NCBI GenBank assembly: GCA_007376425.1
Contig: VMGG01000004.1
Location: 1-55,441 of the forward strand
Direction: 5' to 3'
DNA from: Parcubacteria group bacterium Gr01-1014_2
Lineage (GTDB): Bacteria > Patescibacteriota > Minisyncoccia > 2-02-FULL-40-12
DNA: 55,441 bases
A model generated the notes under the pieces. The model worked only from the letters and a program-made list of their open reading frames with translations. It was not told the DNA's origin and ran no database searches. Position numbers and translations under genes: made by a program. Positions 1 to 10,622 of the stretch are shown here, piece after piece (position 1 is the stretch's first letter; each line of letters opens with the position of its first letter).

Positions 1-492
1 GCCAAATCAATCAATCCCGACATTTCGGTTGAAGGCGAGTTAGGTTATCTTCGCGGCGAATCAAAAATACAAGAAACAATAGAGATAAAGCCCGAAGACT
101 TTACCAAGCCTGAAGAAGCTAAAGAGTTTGTAGAAAAGACCGGGGTGGATCGTTTGGCTATAGTTTTTGGAAATATCCACGGGGTTGTTTCAAAACAAAA
201 AGAGAAGCTCGATTTTAGTTTGCTTAAGAAAATAAACAAAGCCGTTCCGGAAACCTTTTTGGTTTTGCACGGCGGTTCTGGACTGGCTGATAAAGAATTT
301 AAAAAATCGATTGAAAACGGAATTACCAATATCCATATCAATACTGAAGTTAGAGTGGCTTATCGCGAGGGCTTGGAGGAAAAACTTAAAGAATCGCCCC
401 AAGAAACAACGCCTTATAAATTCCTTGAGAAAGCGGTAGAAGGAATGCAGAGAGTTGTAGAAGATAAAGTTAGAATATTTCTTAGATTATAA
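1..492 (+). CDS. fba: Class II fructose-bisphosphate aldolase, 5'-partial
   Basis: Frame open from base 1; VEGELG, GNIHG, LVLHGGSG and INTE motifs. Confidence 0.9.
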   Translation, partial: AKSINPDISVEGELGYLRGESKIQETIEIKPEDFTKPEEAKEFVEKTGVDRLAIVFGNIHGVVSKQKEKLDFSLLKKINKAVPETFLVLHGGSGLADKEFKKSIENGITNIHINTEVRVAYREGLEEKLKESPQETTPYKFLEKAVEGMQRVVEDKVRIFLRL

Positions 493-596
493 ATCCCAAA
501 ATCCAATGACCAATGATCAATCAAATCCTAAACCCCAATTGGTCATTAATTTGTTTTAATCATTGATTGGGTATTGGGATTTGGTCATTGAGAATT
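491..596. repeat. Degenerate 7-bp-period tandem array followed by its inverted complement
   Basis: aaatccc/aaatcca/aatgacc units, then ggtcatt/gggtatt/gggattt units. Confidence 0.75.
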
Positions 597-1829
597 ATGA
601 AAATAACCATCTTGATAATTATTTTCATCCTGTTGGCTTTTTTTGTTTATCCGCAATTACCAAACAGGTTTTTGGGCGGATTCAAATTTCCGGAAAAGCC
701 CTTTCGATTGGGTCTTGATTTGCTTGGCGGAGCCAGATTAGTTTATCAGGCTGATTTGGCCAATATTCCAGAATCCGATCGAGGCGACTCAATGGAAGGC
801 GTTCGCAATGTAATCGAGCGGAGGGTTAATCTTTTTGGTGTGGCCGAGCCGGTTGTTCAATTAAGCGGCAACGACAGGTTGATAGTGGAAATGCCCCAAG
901 TCAAGGACGTTGCCGAAGCGATTAAACTGATAGGGGAGACGCCGTTTTTGGAATTCAAGGAATTGGCCGGAGAAATAAAGGAAGGACAAGAAATTTCCGC
1001 CGAAGATTTTGTTTCCACCAGCTTAAGTGGCAAGCAGTTAAAACGAGCTTATTTGTCTTTTGATCCTAATACAAACCTGCCCCATGTCAGTTTGGAATAC
1101 AATGATGAGGGCGCAAGACTGCTTTCAGAAATTTCAAAAAGGAATTTCCGCCGGCCGTTAGCTATTTTTTTAGACGGGCTGCCGATTTCAATTCCCATAG
1201 TTCAAGATGAAATAACTAATGGCCAGGCAGTAATAAGCGGGAAATTTACAATTGATGAAGCCCGGGAGTTAGCCGGCCGCCTTTCAGCCGGCGCTTTACC
1301 GGTGCCGATTCATTTAATCTCCCAAGAAATTATTGGACCAAGTCTTGGCCGGATGTCGCTTGAGCAAAGCTTGAAAGCCGGGCTTTATGGCTTAGTTGCT
1401 TTAGTTTTATTTATGGTTATTTTTTACAGAGGCTATGGTTTGATTTCAGTTTTTGTCTTATTTTTTTATACCTTTTCAGTTTTAACGATTTTTAAATTGT
1501 TGCCGGTGACCTTAACTTTGGCTGGAGTGGCCGGGTTTATTTTATCGCTTGGCATGGCTGTTGACGGGAATATTTTGATTTTTTCCCGGATTAAAGAAGA
1601 ATTGAAAGCCGGGAAAAGCCGCACTGCGGCGATTGATGCTGGTTTTCAGCGGGCCTGGTCTTCAATCCGCGACTCCCAGGTTACCACTTTGATTGCTGCT
1701 TTTGTTCTTTATATTTTTTCAACTTCATTGGTTAAAGGTTTTGCCTTAACTTTAGCCATCGGCACAATTTTCAGTATCTTCAGTGCAGTTTATGTAACAA
1801 AAGTTTTTTTAAAGTCAATTTATGGCTAG
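597..1829 (+). CDS. secD: Protein translocase subunit SecD
   Basis: LGLDLLGG, RRVNLFGVAEP, GALPVP, IGPSLG and GMAVDGNILIFSRIKEE motifs; ATG at 597. Confidence 0.95.
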   Translation: MKITILIIIFILLAFFVYPQLPNRFLGGFKFPEKPFRLGLDLLGGARLVYQADLANIPESDRGDSMEGVRNVIERRVNLFGVAEPVVQLSGNDRLIVEMPQVKDVAEAIKLIGETPFLEFKELAGEIKEGQEISAEDFVSTSLSGKQLKRAYLSFDPNTNLPHVSLEYNDEGARLLSEISKRNFRRPLAIFLDGLPISIPIVQDEITNGQAVISGKFTIDEARELAGRLSAGALPVPIHLISQEIIGPSLGRMSLEQSLKAGLYGLVALVLFMVIFYRGYGLISVFVLFFYTFSVLTIFKLLPVTLTLAGVAGFILSLGMAVDGNILIFSRIKEELKAGKSRTAAIDAGFQRAWSSIRDSQVTTLIAAFVLYIFSTSLVKGFALTLAIGTIFSIFSAVYVTKVFLKSIYG

Positions 1830-3285
1830 GCAACTTTTAAAATCCGAACACTTCTATAAATTTTTTCTGTGTCCGCATTGGATTTGGTATGACATCTACG
1901 AAGACCAGAAAAAGCATAAACACATTCCGCCGGTTTTAGAAATGCTTTACTCCGGTCGCATCCGCGAGCCGAATTCAGTTTTGCCGACTCAAGAATTCGT
2001 GGAAGTAAAACAAGAGCTTTATAATGACTTGGACGAAGCCTTCTTAGCCACAGTTGAGCTGATGAAGCAAGGCAAGAATATTTATAAACCGGTTTTGATG
2101 GAGGGCCATTGGGTCGGCGAGCCTGATTTTATTGAACGCCGTCCTATTGCTGAATTAAAAGCAGTGGATCGGTCAGCCAAAAGCAGTTTCGGCGACTGGT
2201 ATTACATTGCTTATGATATTCGCAATGACCCGGAGCTTAAAGACGAATACAAATTCCCTTTGGTTTTTGCGAGTTTGATTTTAGAAAAAATCCAAGGCGC
2301 AAGACCTCAAGATGCCTACATTATTAACGCCGATGGGGAAGCGAGGTCGTTTTTGATCGAGCCGTTTTTGGACAAATTCCAGCTTACCCTTAAAGAGATT
2401 GAAAAAGTTCTTGAGGGTGAAAAGCCGCCGCCATTCATAAAAGGCGGATGCAAGAGAAGCCCCTGGTTTGCTATTTGCGAGGAGGAAACCAAAGGCTGTG
2501 AGGATGTTTCTTTGATTCAAGGTCTTAGTCAGCGGGACCAGCGCGATTTATATGAATTAGGGGTAAAAACCCTCGGACAACTGGCTAAAACGGAATTAGA
2601 CCGGCTCCAGGGAGGACTTGAAGGCTGGAATTTTGATAAATTAATCAGAGTTCATAATCAGGCTCAAGTTTTAATTTCCGGTAAAGCGTTAATCACCCAG
2701 CATTATAATTTTCCGGAAGTGAAAACTGAAGTTTATTTCGACGTTGAAAGCGACCCGACCCGCGGAATTGATTTTTTGCTCGGTTTGTTAATTAAGAAAG
2801 GCAGGAAAACAGAATTTAAATATTTTTTAGCCAAAGGCAAGGAAGAGGAAAGGGAAATTTGGGAAGACTTTTTGAAATTTTTGGGAGAGTTAGATGATTT
2901 CGTAATCTATCATTACGGCTATTATGAAAAGCATGTATTACAGAGGTTTGAAAAAAGATACGGGGCCCAGTCGGAATTAATGAAAAAATTCCGCGATAAC
3001 AGTTTGGATTTGTATAATATTACAATCAATTCAGTAATTATGCCGTTATATTTTTATAGTTTGAAAGACATTGCCGGGTTCATTGGTTATAAGTGGAATG
3101 ATCAGGGAGCGGGCGGGGGAGAGGCGGTGACTTGGTATGATCAGTGGCTCGAGACCGGGAAGAAAGATTTTTTGGATAAGCTTATTAAATACAATGAAGA
3201 TGATGTCCGAGCAACGCTTTTGATTAAAGAATGGTTAGAAAAACAAAAACCAAAGGTACAGAAGGAAGAGTTGCCGATAGAATAA
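1822..3285 (+). CDS. TM0106-family RecB-like nuclease with C-terminal RNase H-like domain
   Basis: GEPDFIE nuclease motif; YFDVESD, YHYGYYE, YSLKDIA and YNEDDVRAT motifs. Confidence 0.8.
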   Translation: MARQLLKSEHFYKFFLCPHWIWYDIYEDQKKHKHIPPVLEMLYSGRIREPNSVLPTQEFVEVKQELYNDLDEAFLATVELMKQGKNIYKPVLMEGHWVGEPDFIERRPIAELKAVDRSAKSSFGDWYYIAYDIRNDPELKDEYKFPLVFASLILEKIQGARPQDAYIINADGEARSFLIEPFLDKFQLTLKEIEKVLEGEKPPPFIKGGCKRSPWFAICEEETKGCEDVSLIQGLSQRDQRDLYELGVKTLGQLAKTELDRLQGGLEGWNFDKLIRVHNQAQVLISGKALITQHYNFPEVKTEVYFDVESDPTRGIDFLLGLLIKKGRKTEFKYFLAKGKEEEREIWEDFLKFLGELDDFVIYHYGYYEKHVLQRFEKRYGAQSELMKKFRDNSLDLYNITINSVIMPLYFYSLKDIAGFIGYKWNDQGAGGGEAVTWYDQWLETGKKDFLDKLIKYNEDDVRATLLIKEWLEKQKPKVQKEELPIE

Positions 3286-3380
3286 ATATATAGACACTGT
3301 CGCGTTTCGCGACAGGTATATATTTAGTTCGCTCGGCCGTCATGAAAATAAATTTTCCTGCGGCCTCGCTGCTAAATATA
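3285..3380. repeat. Two adjacent intergenic palindromes
   Basis: ctgtcgcg-ttt-cgcgacag and tatttag...ggccg...cggcc...ctaaata. Confidence 0.55.
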
Positions 3381-3424
3381 GGGCTATTGCCAAAATGGGT
3401 TTTGAAAGAGTATAAAGGTAATAA

Positions 3425-3841
3425 ATGGATTCAGAGTCTAATCAACAATTTTTTTGGTTTTTAATTATTTTAATTCTTTCTTTGTTTGCCGGAGCAGTTT
3501 TTATTTTTAGCAAAGATTTGCCTAAAAACCAGCAGGCTAATGTAGGCGAGCCTAAAAATTATGTAGGCCGGACTTACACGGTTTTTTACACCAACGGCGT
3601 TTTCAGTCCGACCAATTTGCAGATTAATGTCGGCGACACAGTCAGATTTATGAATGATAGTCTTTTCCCGATAAGGGTTGTTTCTGAACCTCATCCTAAA
3701 CACACTGATTTGCCTGGTTTTGACAGCATCTCGGATATTACATCACAAGGCGTATTTACTTTTACTTTTATCAAAAGAGGCATATTCGACTACCATAACG
3801 AAAAAAAAGTTGAGCAAAAAGGAACAGTGATAGTTAAATGA
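3425..3841 (+). CDS. Membrane-anchored cupredoxin-fold protein
   Basis: N-terminal TM; FSPTNLQINVGDTVRF, PHPKH and YHN motifs. Confidence 0.75.
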   Translation: MDSESNQQFFWFLIILILSLFAGAVFIFSKDLPKNQQANVGEPKNYVGRTYTVFYTNGVFSPTNLQINVGDTVRFMNDSLFPIRVVSEPHPKHTDLPGFDSISDITSQGVFTFTFIKRGIFDYHNEKKVEQKGTVIVK

Positions 3842-4743
3842 AATTTGGCAGAGAGCCCGTCATAAAAGCTTGCTTTCATGACGGGCGAATGAATCAAATT
3901 CAAACCTTGTTTTTTTTGCTTTTCCTCCAAGAACTCGGGCTTTTTGCCGCGACCCAGCTACTGGGGATTGTTGTGGCTTTATATAATATTAGTTTAAGTG
4001 AAGATGTACCCCCTCCTGTTGATTTAGCTAATTTAAATATTGATCAAATAATTTTCTTTTTGGCCCTTTATACTATTTTAATTTATTTTATGACTAAATT
4101 TTCTCATAAAGCCGGAGGATTTTTTAGATTTATTTTAGGATTAGTTATTTTTACTGGAAGTCAGTTAGTATTTTCAGTAATTTATATGAATTTTATTTTC
4201 ACTGCTTTGGCTTCACTTTTATTAGTTATTTTGGTTTTTAAAAAAAGAATAGTTTTTATTCATAATATAGGAATAATTTTAGGGATGGCCGGAATCGGAG
4301 CAGTTCTTGGTTTGTCTTTGACTCCGGTTTCAGTGGTGGTGCTACTTTTAATCTTGTCTTTTTACGATATAGTCGCGGTTTATAAAACCGGCCATATGGT
4401 AAAAATTGCTGAAGACATGATTAAGTCCCGGGCAATTTCCGGAATTGTCTTGCCCCAAAATAGGAAAGGCTGGTCGGCCAATATTACTAGGGTCCGGCCC
4501 GGAGGAGAATATATGATTTTAGGTTCTGGTGATTTAATAATGCCGCTTATTTTAATTTCTTCGGTCATTGGGATTCATGGTTTGGCCAGCGGACTGGTTG
4601 TTTTATTTTTCTCTCTTTTAGGTCTTTCTCTGACTTATTATCTTTTTGTTACCCAGCGGACAAGACGGCCCATGGCGGCTTTGCCGCCGATTGCCGCGAT
4701 GTCAATAGTGGGTTATTTAATTGCAACCTTTTTTAATTTTTAA
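3838..4743 (+). CDS. Presenilin/A22-type intramembrane aspartyl protease (start may be 3889)
   Basis: Multi-TM; YDIVAV, LGSGD (GxGD) and MAALPP motifs. Confidence 0.85.
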   Translation: MKFGREPVIKACFHDGRMNQIQTLFFLLFLQELGLFAATQLLGIVVALYNISLSEDVPPPVDLANLNIDQIIFFLALYTILIYFMTKFSHKAGGFFRFILGLVIFTGSQLVFSVIYMNFIFTALASLLLVILVFKKRIVFIHNIGIILGMAGIGAVLGLSLTPVSVVVLLLILSFYDIVAVYKTGHMVKIAEDMIKSRAISGIVLPQNRKGWSANITRVRPGGEYMILGSGDLIMPLILISSVIGIHGLASGLVVLFFSLLGLSLTYYLFVTQRTRRPMAALPPIAAMSIVGYLIATFFNF

Positions 4744-4755
4744 TAGAATAAAAGG

Positions 4756-5340
4756 GTGAAGTATAAATTTGCTATTTCTGGAGCGGCTGACATTGGAATG
4801 TGTGATGTAAATGCTTCGCAAAAAGCCGAAGAAATCGGCCGTGAAGTAGTCAAGAATAATGGGATTTTGATTACCGGCGCCACCACCGGCATTCCTGATT
4901 TTGCGGCTAAAGGAGCAAAAGAAGAGGGAGGCGTGGTTATTGGTTTAAGCCCGGCATCTTCGTACCAACATCACATTAAAACATACAAGCTGCCGATCGG
5001 TTGTTGCGAAACCATTATTTTTACCGGTTTTGGCTATTCTGGAAGAAATCTGTTATTGACAAAAGCTGCTGACGCAGTTATAGTTATATGCGGAGGATTC
5101 GGAACTTTAAATGAGTTTACGATTGCTTTGGAAGATGATAAACCAATTGGCGTCTTAACCGGAACTGGCGGGGCCACAGAAGAAATTTCCAATCTTTTGT
5201 TAAATATCCGAGATCCACATAAGCATGGCGCCGGGAAAGTTGTTTTTTCAAATGACCCGAAAGAATTAATTGGCAAACTCGTTAAACTAATCGAACGAGA
5301 ACAAGAAGAACTTAAAACTCCTCCGCCGATAGGAGAATAG
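4756..5340 (+). CDS. LOG/TIGR00725-type Rossmann-fold protein
   Basis: TGATTG, GRN and GGFGTLNE motifs. Confidence 0.8.
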   Translation: MKYKFAISGAADIGMCDVNASQKAEEIGREVVKNNGILITGATTGIPDFAAKGAKEEGGVVIGLSPASSYQHHIKTYKLPIGCCETIIFTGFGYSGRNLLLTKAADAVIVICGGFGTLNEFTIALEDDKPIGVLTGTGGATEEISNLLLNIRDPHKHGAGKVVFSNDPKELIGKLVKLIEREQEELKTPPPIGE

Positions 5341-5373
5341 GTCGATTATATTAATATTTTTGAGTATTCTAAT

Positions 5374-5625
5374 ATGACAGAAGAAAAATCTATCGGAAAA
5401 ATCTCCCATTATTACGATAAAATCGGAGTCGGGATTATAGAATTAGCCGGTGGTCTAAAGACGGGCGATACCATTAAAGTTAAAGGAAAGGACACTGATT
5501 TTGAGCAAGTTATTGATTCGATGCAGATTGAGCATGCCCAAGTCGAGAAAGCAAAAAAGGGTGATGTCATCGGTGTCAAAATGAATCAGAAAGTAAAAGA
5601 GGGAGACGAAGTGTACCTTAAGTAA
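5374..5625 (+). CDS. Small EF-Tu domain 2-like beta-barrel protein
   Basis: IGKISHYYDKIGV...SMQIEH...GDVIG pattern. Confidence 0.7.
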   Translation: MTEEKSIGKISHYYDKIGVGIIELAGGLKTGDTIKVKGKDTDFEQVIDSMQIEHAQVEKAKKGDVIGVKMNQKVKEGDEVYLK

Positions 5626-5747
5626 AATCCCAAATCTCAAGCACCAAATTCCAAATAAACTCCAAATTCAAAATTCCAAACATTTAGAATTTAGGTCATT
5701 GGAACTTGATTATTATTTGTGATTTGTGATTTGGAAATTGTAATTTT
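5625..5747. repeat. 7-bp-period tandem array plus inverted complement
   Basis: aaatccc aaatctc aagcacc aaattcc... then tgatttg tgatttg gaaattg. Confidence 0.75.
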
Positions 5748-5752
5748 AGTTT

Positions 5753-8161
5753 ATGTCTGAATTCAAGATCAACAATTTTACTGTTAAAGAAGAGCTTCCG
5801 GTGATTGCTTTGCGGGATATGACTTTATTCCCGACTTTAATTGTTCCTTTAGCCATCGGCCGGGTAAAAACTCTTTCAGCTTTGGATAAGGCCATGGCTA
5901 GCGACAAATTGGCTATTTTTGTAACTCAAAAAAATTCATCTGAAGATATTACCCCAGAAGATTTATATTCTTTTGGAACGATCGGCAAGATCAACATGGT
6001 TTTTAAATCAAGCGCCGGCACAGCCAGAGTAGAAGTTGAGGGCGTAAAAAGAGTTAAAATTTTAAGTTTTTCCCAGACTGATCCCTATTTAACGGCTAAG
6101 ATTGAACCATTGGATGTTGTTATTACTGATGACATAGAGGTAAAGGCTTTGAGCCGTTCAGTTTTGGATAATTTTGCCGATGTTTCAGAAAAAGGCAGGC
6201 CCCTTCCGCCTGGATTTTTAAATTTAATCAGGAGTATCAAGGATCCGGAACAAGTTTTATATTTAATTGTTTACCACCTTGTCCTTTCGGTGGTTGAACA
6301 GCAAAAGATTTTAGAAACTCTTGATATAAAAGAAGCCTTAAGATTAGTAAATAAATATTTAGTTAAGGAGCTTGAAATTCTTGAAACCGAGAAAAAACTG
6401 GCTAAAGAAACCAGAAAACAGCTTGGCAAAATGCAGAAAGAAGTTTATTTACGGGAGCAGCTTAAAAGCATTGAAAAAGAATTGGGGTTGGGCGGTGAAA
6501 AAAGCGATTTTGAAGTCCTTCGCAAAAAAATCAAGGAAGTAAAAATGCCTAAAGAAGTTGAAACTAAAGCAATGAAAGAACTTGAGCGGATGGAGAGAAT
6601 GCCTTCTTTCAGTCCCGAAGTCTCTTACATTAGGACTTATCTTGACTGGCTGGTGGAATTGCCCTGGTCAACTTCTTCAGATGGGAAAATAGATATTAAA
6701 AAAGCCGTAAAGATTTTAGAGAGCGACCACTTTGGCCTTGAAAAAGCCAAAGAAAGAATTCTCGAATATTTGGCCGTTCAAAAACAGGTTGGCAAAATAA
6801 AAGGGCCGATCCTTTGTTTTATTGGGCCGCCCGGAACAGGGAAGACTTCAATTGGCCAGTCAATTGCCAAAGCTTTAGGCCGGAAGTTTTTGAGAATTTC
6901 CCTTGGCGGAGTCAGGGACGAAGCCGAGATAAGGGGGCATCGCCGAACTTATGTCGGGGCTTTGCCCGGCCGGATTATTCAAGGGATCCATAATGTAGGA
7001 ATTTGTAATCCGGTATTTATGCTGGATGAGATTGATAAGATTGGTTATGACTTCAGGGGAGATCCTTCGGCGGCATTGCTTGAAGCTCTTGATCCGGAAC
7101 AGAATTTTTCTTTTTCCGATCATTATCTCGAGGTTCCGTTTGACTTATCAAATGTTTTGTTTATTACTACGGCCAATGTGATGGATACTATTCCCCCGGC
7201 CTTGAGAGATAGGCTTGAAGTGATTGAATTTCCCGGCTATACCGAACACGAGAAGTTCCATATTGCGAAAGGATTTTTAATTCCCAAACTTTTAAAGGAG
7301 CACGGCGTTGAGAAAGTGATTAATTTCAATGATGAAGCGCTTCATCAGGTCATTAGAAAATATACTCGCGAAGCCGGAGTCAGGGACTTGGAAAGACAAA
7401 TGGCCAAAGTGGTTAGAAAAAATGTCAGGAATTTGGTTGAGAACAATGTAAAAGCAACGAAAATTTCGATTGATCTTCCCTTGCTGAAGAAATTCTTGGG
7501 TCCTGAAAAATATCTTTCCCAGCTGGCTGAAAAAAGCGACGAAGTCGGGGTGGCTACAGGCCTTGCCTGGACTTCGGTCGGCGGGGAAGTGTTGGCGGTT
7601 GAGGTGACGCGAATGCCCGGCAAAGGAAAACTGGAGTTAACCGGCCATCTTGGCAATGTAATGAGGGAGTCAGCTAAGACAGCCTTATCTTTCGGCCGTT
7701 CTTTTGCTTCAAAAGTGAATGATGGCTCTAAAGAGACAGAAATGCTTAAAGATTTTTATAACTACGATATTCATATTCACGTTCCTTCCGGCGCCATTCC
7801 AAAGGACGGGCCTTCAGCCGGTATTACTATTGCGACCGCCCTTATTTCATTATTTACTGGAATAAAAGTAAGAAAGGATGTGGCGATGACCGGAGAAGTG
7901 ACTTTACGCGGCAAGGTTTTGGAGATTGGCGGAATCAAGGAAAAAGTTTTAGCGGCTCACCGAGCCGGTGTTAAAAATGTAATTTTACCTAAAGACAATG
8001 AAAAAGACTTAGACGATATTCCTAAAGAAGTTAAAAAAGAACTCAAGTTTATTTTTGTTGAACATATGGAAGATGTTTTGAAAGCCGCTTTAAAATCTCC
8101 GAGAACTCCCAAAGAAGAAAAAGTAGAACCCAGAAGCTTGATTGCCGGCCATTATGCCTAA
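5753..8161 (+). CDS. lon: ATP-dependent Lon protease
   Basis: GPPGTGKTS, HRRTYVGALPG, LDEIDK and PKDGPSAG motifs. Confidence 0.97.
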   Translation: MSEFKINNFTVKEELPVIALRDMTLFPTLIVPLAIGRVKTLSALDKAMASDKLAIFVTQKNSSEDITPEDLYSFGTIGKINMVFKSSAGTARVEVEGVKRVKILSFSQTDPYLTAKIEPLDVVITDDIEVKALSRSVLDNFADVSEKGRPLPPGFLNLIRSIKDPEQVLYLIVYHLVLSVVEQQKILETLDIKEALRLVNKYLVKELEILETEKKLAKETRKQLGKMQKEVYLREQLKSIEKELGLGGEKSDFEVLRKKIKEVKMPKEVETKAMKELERMERMPSFSPEVSYIRTYLDWLVELPWSTSSDGKIDIKKAVKILESDHFGLEKAKERILEYLAVQKQVGKIKGPILCFIGPPGTGKTSIGQSIAKALGRKFLRISLGGVRDEAEIRGHRRTYVGALPGRIIQGIHNVGICNPVFMLDEIDKIGYDFRGDPSAALLEALDPEQNFSFSDHYLEVPFDLSNVLFITTANVMDTIPPALRDRLEVIEFPGYTEHEKFHIAKGFLIPKLLKEHGVEKVINFNDEALHQVIRKYTREAGVRDLERQMAKVVRKNVRNLVENNVKATKISIDLPLLKKFLGPEKYLSQLAEKSDEVGVATGLAWTSVGGEVLAVEVTRMPGKGKLELTGHLGNVMRESAKTALSFGRSFASKVNDGSKETEMLKDFYNYDIHIHVPSGAIPKDGPSAGITIATALISLFTGIKVRKDVAMTGEVTLRGKVLEIGGIKEKVLAAHRAGVKNVILPKDNEKDLDDIPKEVKKELKFIFVEHMEDVLKAALKSPRTPKEEKVEPRSLIAGHYA

Positions 8162-8351
8162 CGATTATATAATTTTTCCTTCAGCGCGGTCGCTCCTTGC
8201 AATCGGAATAATTTCGGCGGTTTTAGCCCCTCTGGTCGGGATTATTTTGGGGTTTTACTTTTTAAGAAGGCCGCAGTTAGTTAAAGAAGGTAAGGGAATT
8301 CTTTTGGTCGCTTTAGTCTGGTTAAGTATTGTTTTTATATTTGCTTTTTAA
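8154..8351 (+). CDS. Small two-TM membrane protein
   Basis: ATG overlaps lon end; two hydrophobic helices. Confidence 0.6.
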   Translation: MPNDYIIFPSARSLLAIGIISAVLAPLVGIILGFYFLRRPQLVKEGKGILLVALVWLSIVFIFAF

Positions 8352-9486
8352 TCCCGAGAGAAGAATTTTTCTATACGCAGTTTCGATTTTAGTCGGAACT
8401 ATAGTTGGGGTTGGTATTTTTGGAATTCCTTTTTCTTTTGCCAAGGCCGGGTTTTTATCCGGTATTTTGTTTTTGGTTTTTGTCGGTTTTTTGAGTTTGG
8501 CGGTAAATTTGATTTTTGGAGAAGTGGTCTTGAGAACTAAAGAAATTCATCAGTTCACTGGCTACGCAAAAATATATCTTGGTAAAGGGGCTAAGATCCT
8601 GGCTTCGTTTGCTTGGTTTTTAAGCATCTATGGCGCCCTGCTCGCCTATATAATCATCAGTGGAAATTTCCTTTTCAATATTTTTATTTCCCAGTTTTAT
8701 GAGAACCCTCTCATTTACAGTATTTGGTTCTTTATTTTTGTTTCTTTGGCAGTTTTGGCCGGATTAAAGACAATAGTCCGCTTCGAACTTTTTATGGTTT
8801 TCTTTTTTATATTAGTCGTGTTTTTAGTTTTTATTTTAGGGATTCCCAAAATCGAACTTCAAAATCTGACTACGCTATTTAATCAGGAATTCTGGTTTTT
8901 GCCTTACGGCATTCTGCTTTTTGCTTACGCCGGTTTTTCGGCTATTCCGATCCAAAGAGAAGTGTTGAAAAGCAAAACTGGAGTTTTGAAAAAAGCAATT
9001 TTATGGGGCAGCCTGATTCCGGCCGTCCTTTACTTAATTTTTACTATTTCAATAGTCGGAATTTCAGGTGAAGCAACTTCGCCTGATGTGGTCAGCGGCC
9101 TGACTGATTTTTTTGATTATCGGATTATTTTTCTTGTTTCTATTTTCGGCATCTTGGCGATAACCACTTCTTTTTTGGCTTTAGCCTTTGCTTTAGTTGA
9201 AACTTTTAGGCTTGATTACGGATTTAAACGATTCAACGCTTGGGCTCTAACTTGTTTTATTCCTTTCTTTTTATTTTTGTTCGGGGTCAGAAATTTTATT
9301 GAAGTAATTTCTCTGGCTGGCGCTTTAGCCATTGGAGTCGAAGGTGTAATTTTAGTGGCGATGTATAAAAAAGCCAAAAAATTAGGGAATCGGGAACCAG
9401 AGTATTCTTTAAATTTTCATCCCTGGCTTTTAAATATGATAATGATTCTATTCGCTATCGGAGCTGTATACGCTATATTATTTTGA
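8329..9486 (+). CDS. Aromatic amino acid permease family transporter (start uncertain)
   Basis: GTIVGVGIFGIP motif; about 11 TM segments. Confidence 0.8.
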   Translation: MFLYLLFNPERRIFLYAVSILVGTIVGVGIFGIPFSFAKAGFLSGILFLVFVGFLSLAVNLIFGEVVLRTKEIHQFTGYAKIYLGKGAKILASFAWFLSIYGALLAYIIISGNFLFNIFISQFYENPLIYSIWFFIFVSLAVLAGLKTIVRFELFMVFFFILVVFLVFILGIPKIELQNLTTLFNQEFWFLPYGILLFAYAGFSAIPIQREVLKSKTGVLKKAILWGSLIPAVLYLIFTISIVGISGEATSPDVVSGLTDFFDYRIIFLVSIFGILAITTSFLALAFALVETFRLDYGFKRFNAWALTCFIPFFLFLFGVRNFIEVISLAGALAIGVEGVILVAMYKKAKKLGNREPEYSLNFHPWLLNMIMILFAIGAVYAILF

Positions 9487-9488
9487 AG

Positions 9489-9519
9489 TGTAAAAAGCGC
9501 CCTCAGAGCGCTTTTTACA
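9489..9519. terminator. Bidirectional intrinsic terminator
   Basis: tgtaaaaagcgc-cctcaga-gcgctttttaca. Confidence 0.75.
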
Positions 9520-9538
9520 ATGAGTAGAAAGGCTTGCT

Positions 9539-9721
9539 CGAAAAGCCTCTCGGGTACAGCCATTTCGGAAACACTCGGCCCCGTACCACTAAAATAAATT
9601 AGTTTATTTTCTGTTTATCAGAATAAACCCTCGTTCCTCATTCGCCTCGCTACAAAGAACATCTCCTCTTAACGGCTCGGCTCATGAGGTTCCTCAATGG
9701 CTATACCCTGCGGGCTTTTCG
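9539..9721 (+). repeat. Palindromic element family A, copy 1
   Basis: Imperfect 26-bp terminal IR cgaaaagcctctcgggtacagccatt / aatggctataccctgcgggcttttcg; core gtttatcagaataaac and acggctcggctc. Confidence 0.9.
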
Positions 9722-9904
9722 TTTAAAAATTGATACGCCCTCGCCGCTTTCCATAGCCACAAACTCGCAAAAGTTCAGAAACTGATACAGCCAAGCTGGT
9801 TTCTGTTTTCGTTTGATTTCTTGGCATTTTTTTGTTGTATTGCTATTATGTAGATTGTTCCAAAAATCGTTCCAAGATAACTCACGATTATAGGAGGACC
9901 AGAA

Positions 9905-10522
9905 ATGACAAGGTTAGCCTTCGAACTGAAAGGACGAGTCGAAGCTGTCCTTGTGGCGGCTAACTTCGGCTCAATTCTCTCGACGTCAGTCCCGAAAATT
10001 CAGCTCATTCGCGGACACGGCGTCAGGGGCGACAACCACGCTGGCGTACGGCTTGCGGATGTCCGAGAGAGGGAGTTTCTCTCTTTCGAATTTTCTAAGG
10101 GCGTCGAGATTGCCAACCATCGAGAGTTTTCCGCCGTCTCCGCCGAGGAGCTTGCGGAAGTCGCGCAAGCGATGAATCTCTCGAAGCCAGTTCCGCACGG
10201 CTGTCTCGGCGAGAATCTGGTGTTGAGCGGCATTCCGCGACTTACCGAGCTTCCCGCCGGAACGATGTTGTTCTTTCGAAAAGACGAGAAGCGAATCAGG
10301 ACAGCCGTGTTGATGGTGTGGGCGGAAAACACGCCGTGTCAGGGACCGGGGGAAGCGATCCAAGAGAAGTTTCCGGAAATTCCCAGACTCGCGCTTCTCT
10401 TCCCGAAGTCGGCTATCGGCAAGCGCGGAATTGTCGGGAGCATTTACGCTTCCGGCAATATCCATGCGGGCGACACGGTCGTCGCAAAGGTTCCTCGTCA
10501 GCGAATCTACAATCCCGAATAG
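9905..10522 (+). CDS. MOSC-domain protein in a GC-rich cassette
   Basis: GVRGDNH, LGENLVLSG, ENTPC and RGIVG motifs; strong SD aggagg. Confidence 0.8.
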   Translation: MTRLAFELKGRVEAVLVAANFGSILSTSVPKIQLIRGHGVRGDNHAGVRLADVREREFLSFEFSKGVEIANHREFSAVSAEELAEVAQAMNLSKPVPHGCLGENLVLSGIPRLTELPAGTMLFFRKDEKRIRTAVLMVWAENTPCQGPGEAIQEKFPEIPRLALLFPKSAIGKRGIVGSIYASGNIHAGDTVVAKVPRQRIYNPE

Positions 10523-10534
10523 GGATTGCTCGAT

Positions 10535-10571
10535 AGGTGGTGGTGCGACACGCTCGTGCCACCCCTTTTTT
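10535..10571 (+). terminator. Intrinsic terminator of the MOSC cassette
   Basis: GC-rich hairpin ggtggtgcga/tcgtgccacc followed by a T-tract. Confidence 0.7.
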
Positions 10572-10622
10572 ATTGAAAGAACTTTTTATCATCTATTCAC
10601 TATAAAATTAAACAGTTTCCAG